A stretch of DNA of 64,000 nucleotides from Chiloscyllium plagiosum (lineage: Eukaryota): positions 6,624,491 through 6,688,490 of the forward strand of contig NC_057720.1 of assembly GCF_004010195.1 (NCBI RefSeq). The letters run 5' to 3'. The notes beneath the pieces were generated by a model. It was not told the DNA's origin and did not search any database. It worked only from the letters and a program-made list of their open reading frames with translations. Each line of letters opens with the position of its first letter. The stretch's first letter is position 1. The position numbers were made by a program, and so were the translations under genes. Shown here in pieces: positions 63,626-64,000 of this stretch.

Positions 63626-63823
63626 ATATGAAATTTCTGACTCAGAGGAGCAAGTGTGACCGGCCTGAACTACCCAAAGTTGCCTGGGTCGATCCACAGT
63701 CATCAATCCTTCTTGTTGCATTAGTCTAACTACTAATACCATGAAGGGAAAGATGGCCACACAATATCTATGGCAGAAGTGGAACTTGATGAATAGTAAA
63801 TAGGTTTATTATGTACTCTGTAG

Positions 63824-63889
63824 TAGTCTTTCGCCCCTATACCAAGGTCGGACGACCGATTTGCACGTCAGGACCGCTAAGGACCTCCA
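63824..63889 (-). pseudogene. 28S rRNA fragment (66 nt)
   Basis: tagtctttcgcccctataccaaggtcggacgaccgatttgcacgtcaggaccgctaaggacctcca is the reverse complement of a conserved vertebrate 28S segment as I recall it, with about 2 mismatches. Confidence 0.88.
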
Positions 63890-64000
63890 TGTACCCAATG
63901 GAGTTTAAAAGGCTGAGGGGGAGTCTGATCGAAACTTACAGAATACTGAGATTCCTGGACAGAGTGTACATGGAGATGTTTAACAAGTCTAAGAGCTATG

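Noticed and set aside
63824..63889. Functional rRNA gene
   Set aside because: Only 66 nt, with no flanking rDNA.
1..64000. ORF-track entries as host genes
   Set aside because: Nearly all are short and are frames or antisense frames of CR1, PLE, Rex-like or SINE repeats. I recognised no host protein domain or consistent exon chain.

Overview
This is repeat-saturated, non-coding vertebrate DNA, almost certainly from a shark (elasmobranch), given the HE1-type V-SINEs and HER1/CR1-type LINE tails. I found no supportable host protein-coding exon. The window is a nested mosaic of CR1 LINE fragments (two long RT-bearing copies at 27633-30365 and 45597-47385), Rex1/Babar-like LINE 3' ends, a second CR1/L2-group LINE with a partner SINE, three LTRs, pogo/Tigger-like MITEs, a 66-nt 28S rRNA fragment and three assembly gaps. 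The strongest signal is a system derived from Penelope-like elements (PLEs). It comprises GIY-YIG endonuclease remnants and roughly 40 (counted by eye) minimal type-I hammerhead ribozyme motifs in four families with covarying stems. Many motifs sit in short non-coding fold-back elements made of two inverted ribozyme-bearing termini and flanked by 7-16 bp target-site duplications (TSDs). All calls come from reading the sequence; no searches were run, and boundaries of old repeats are approximate.
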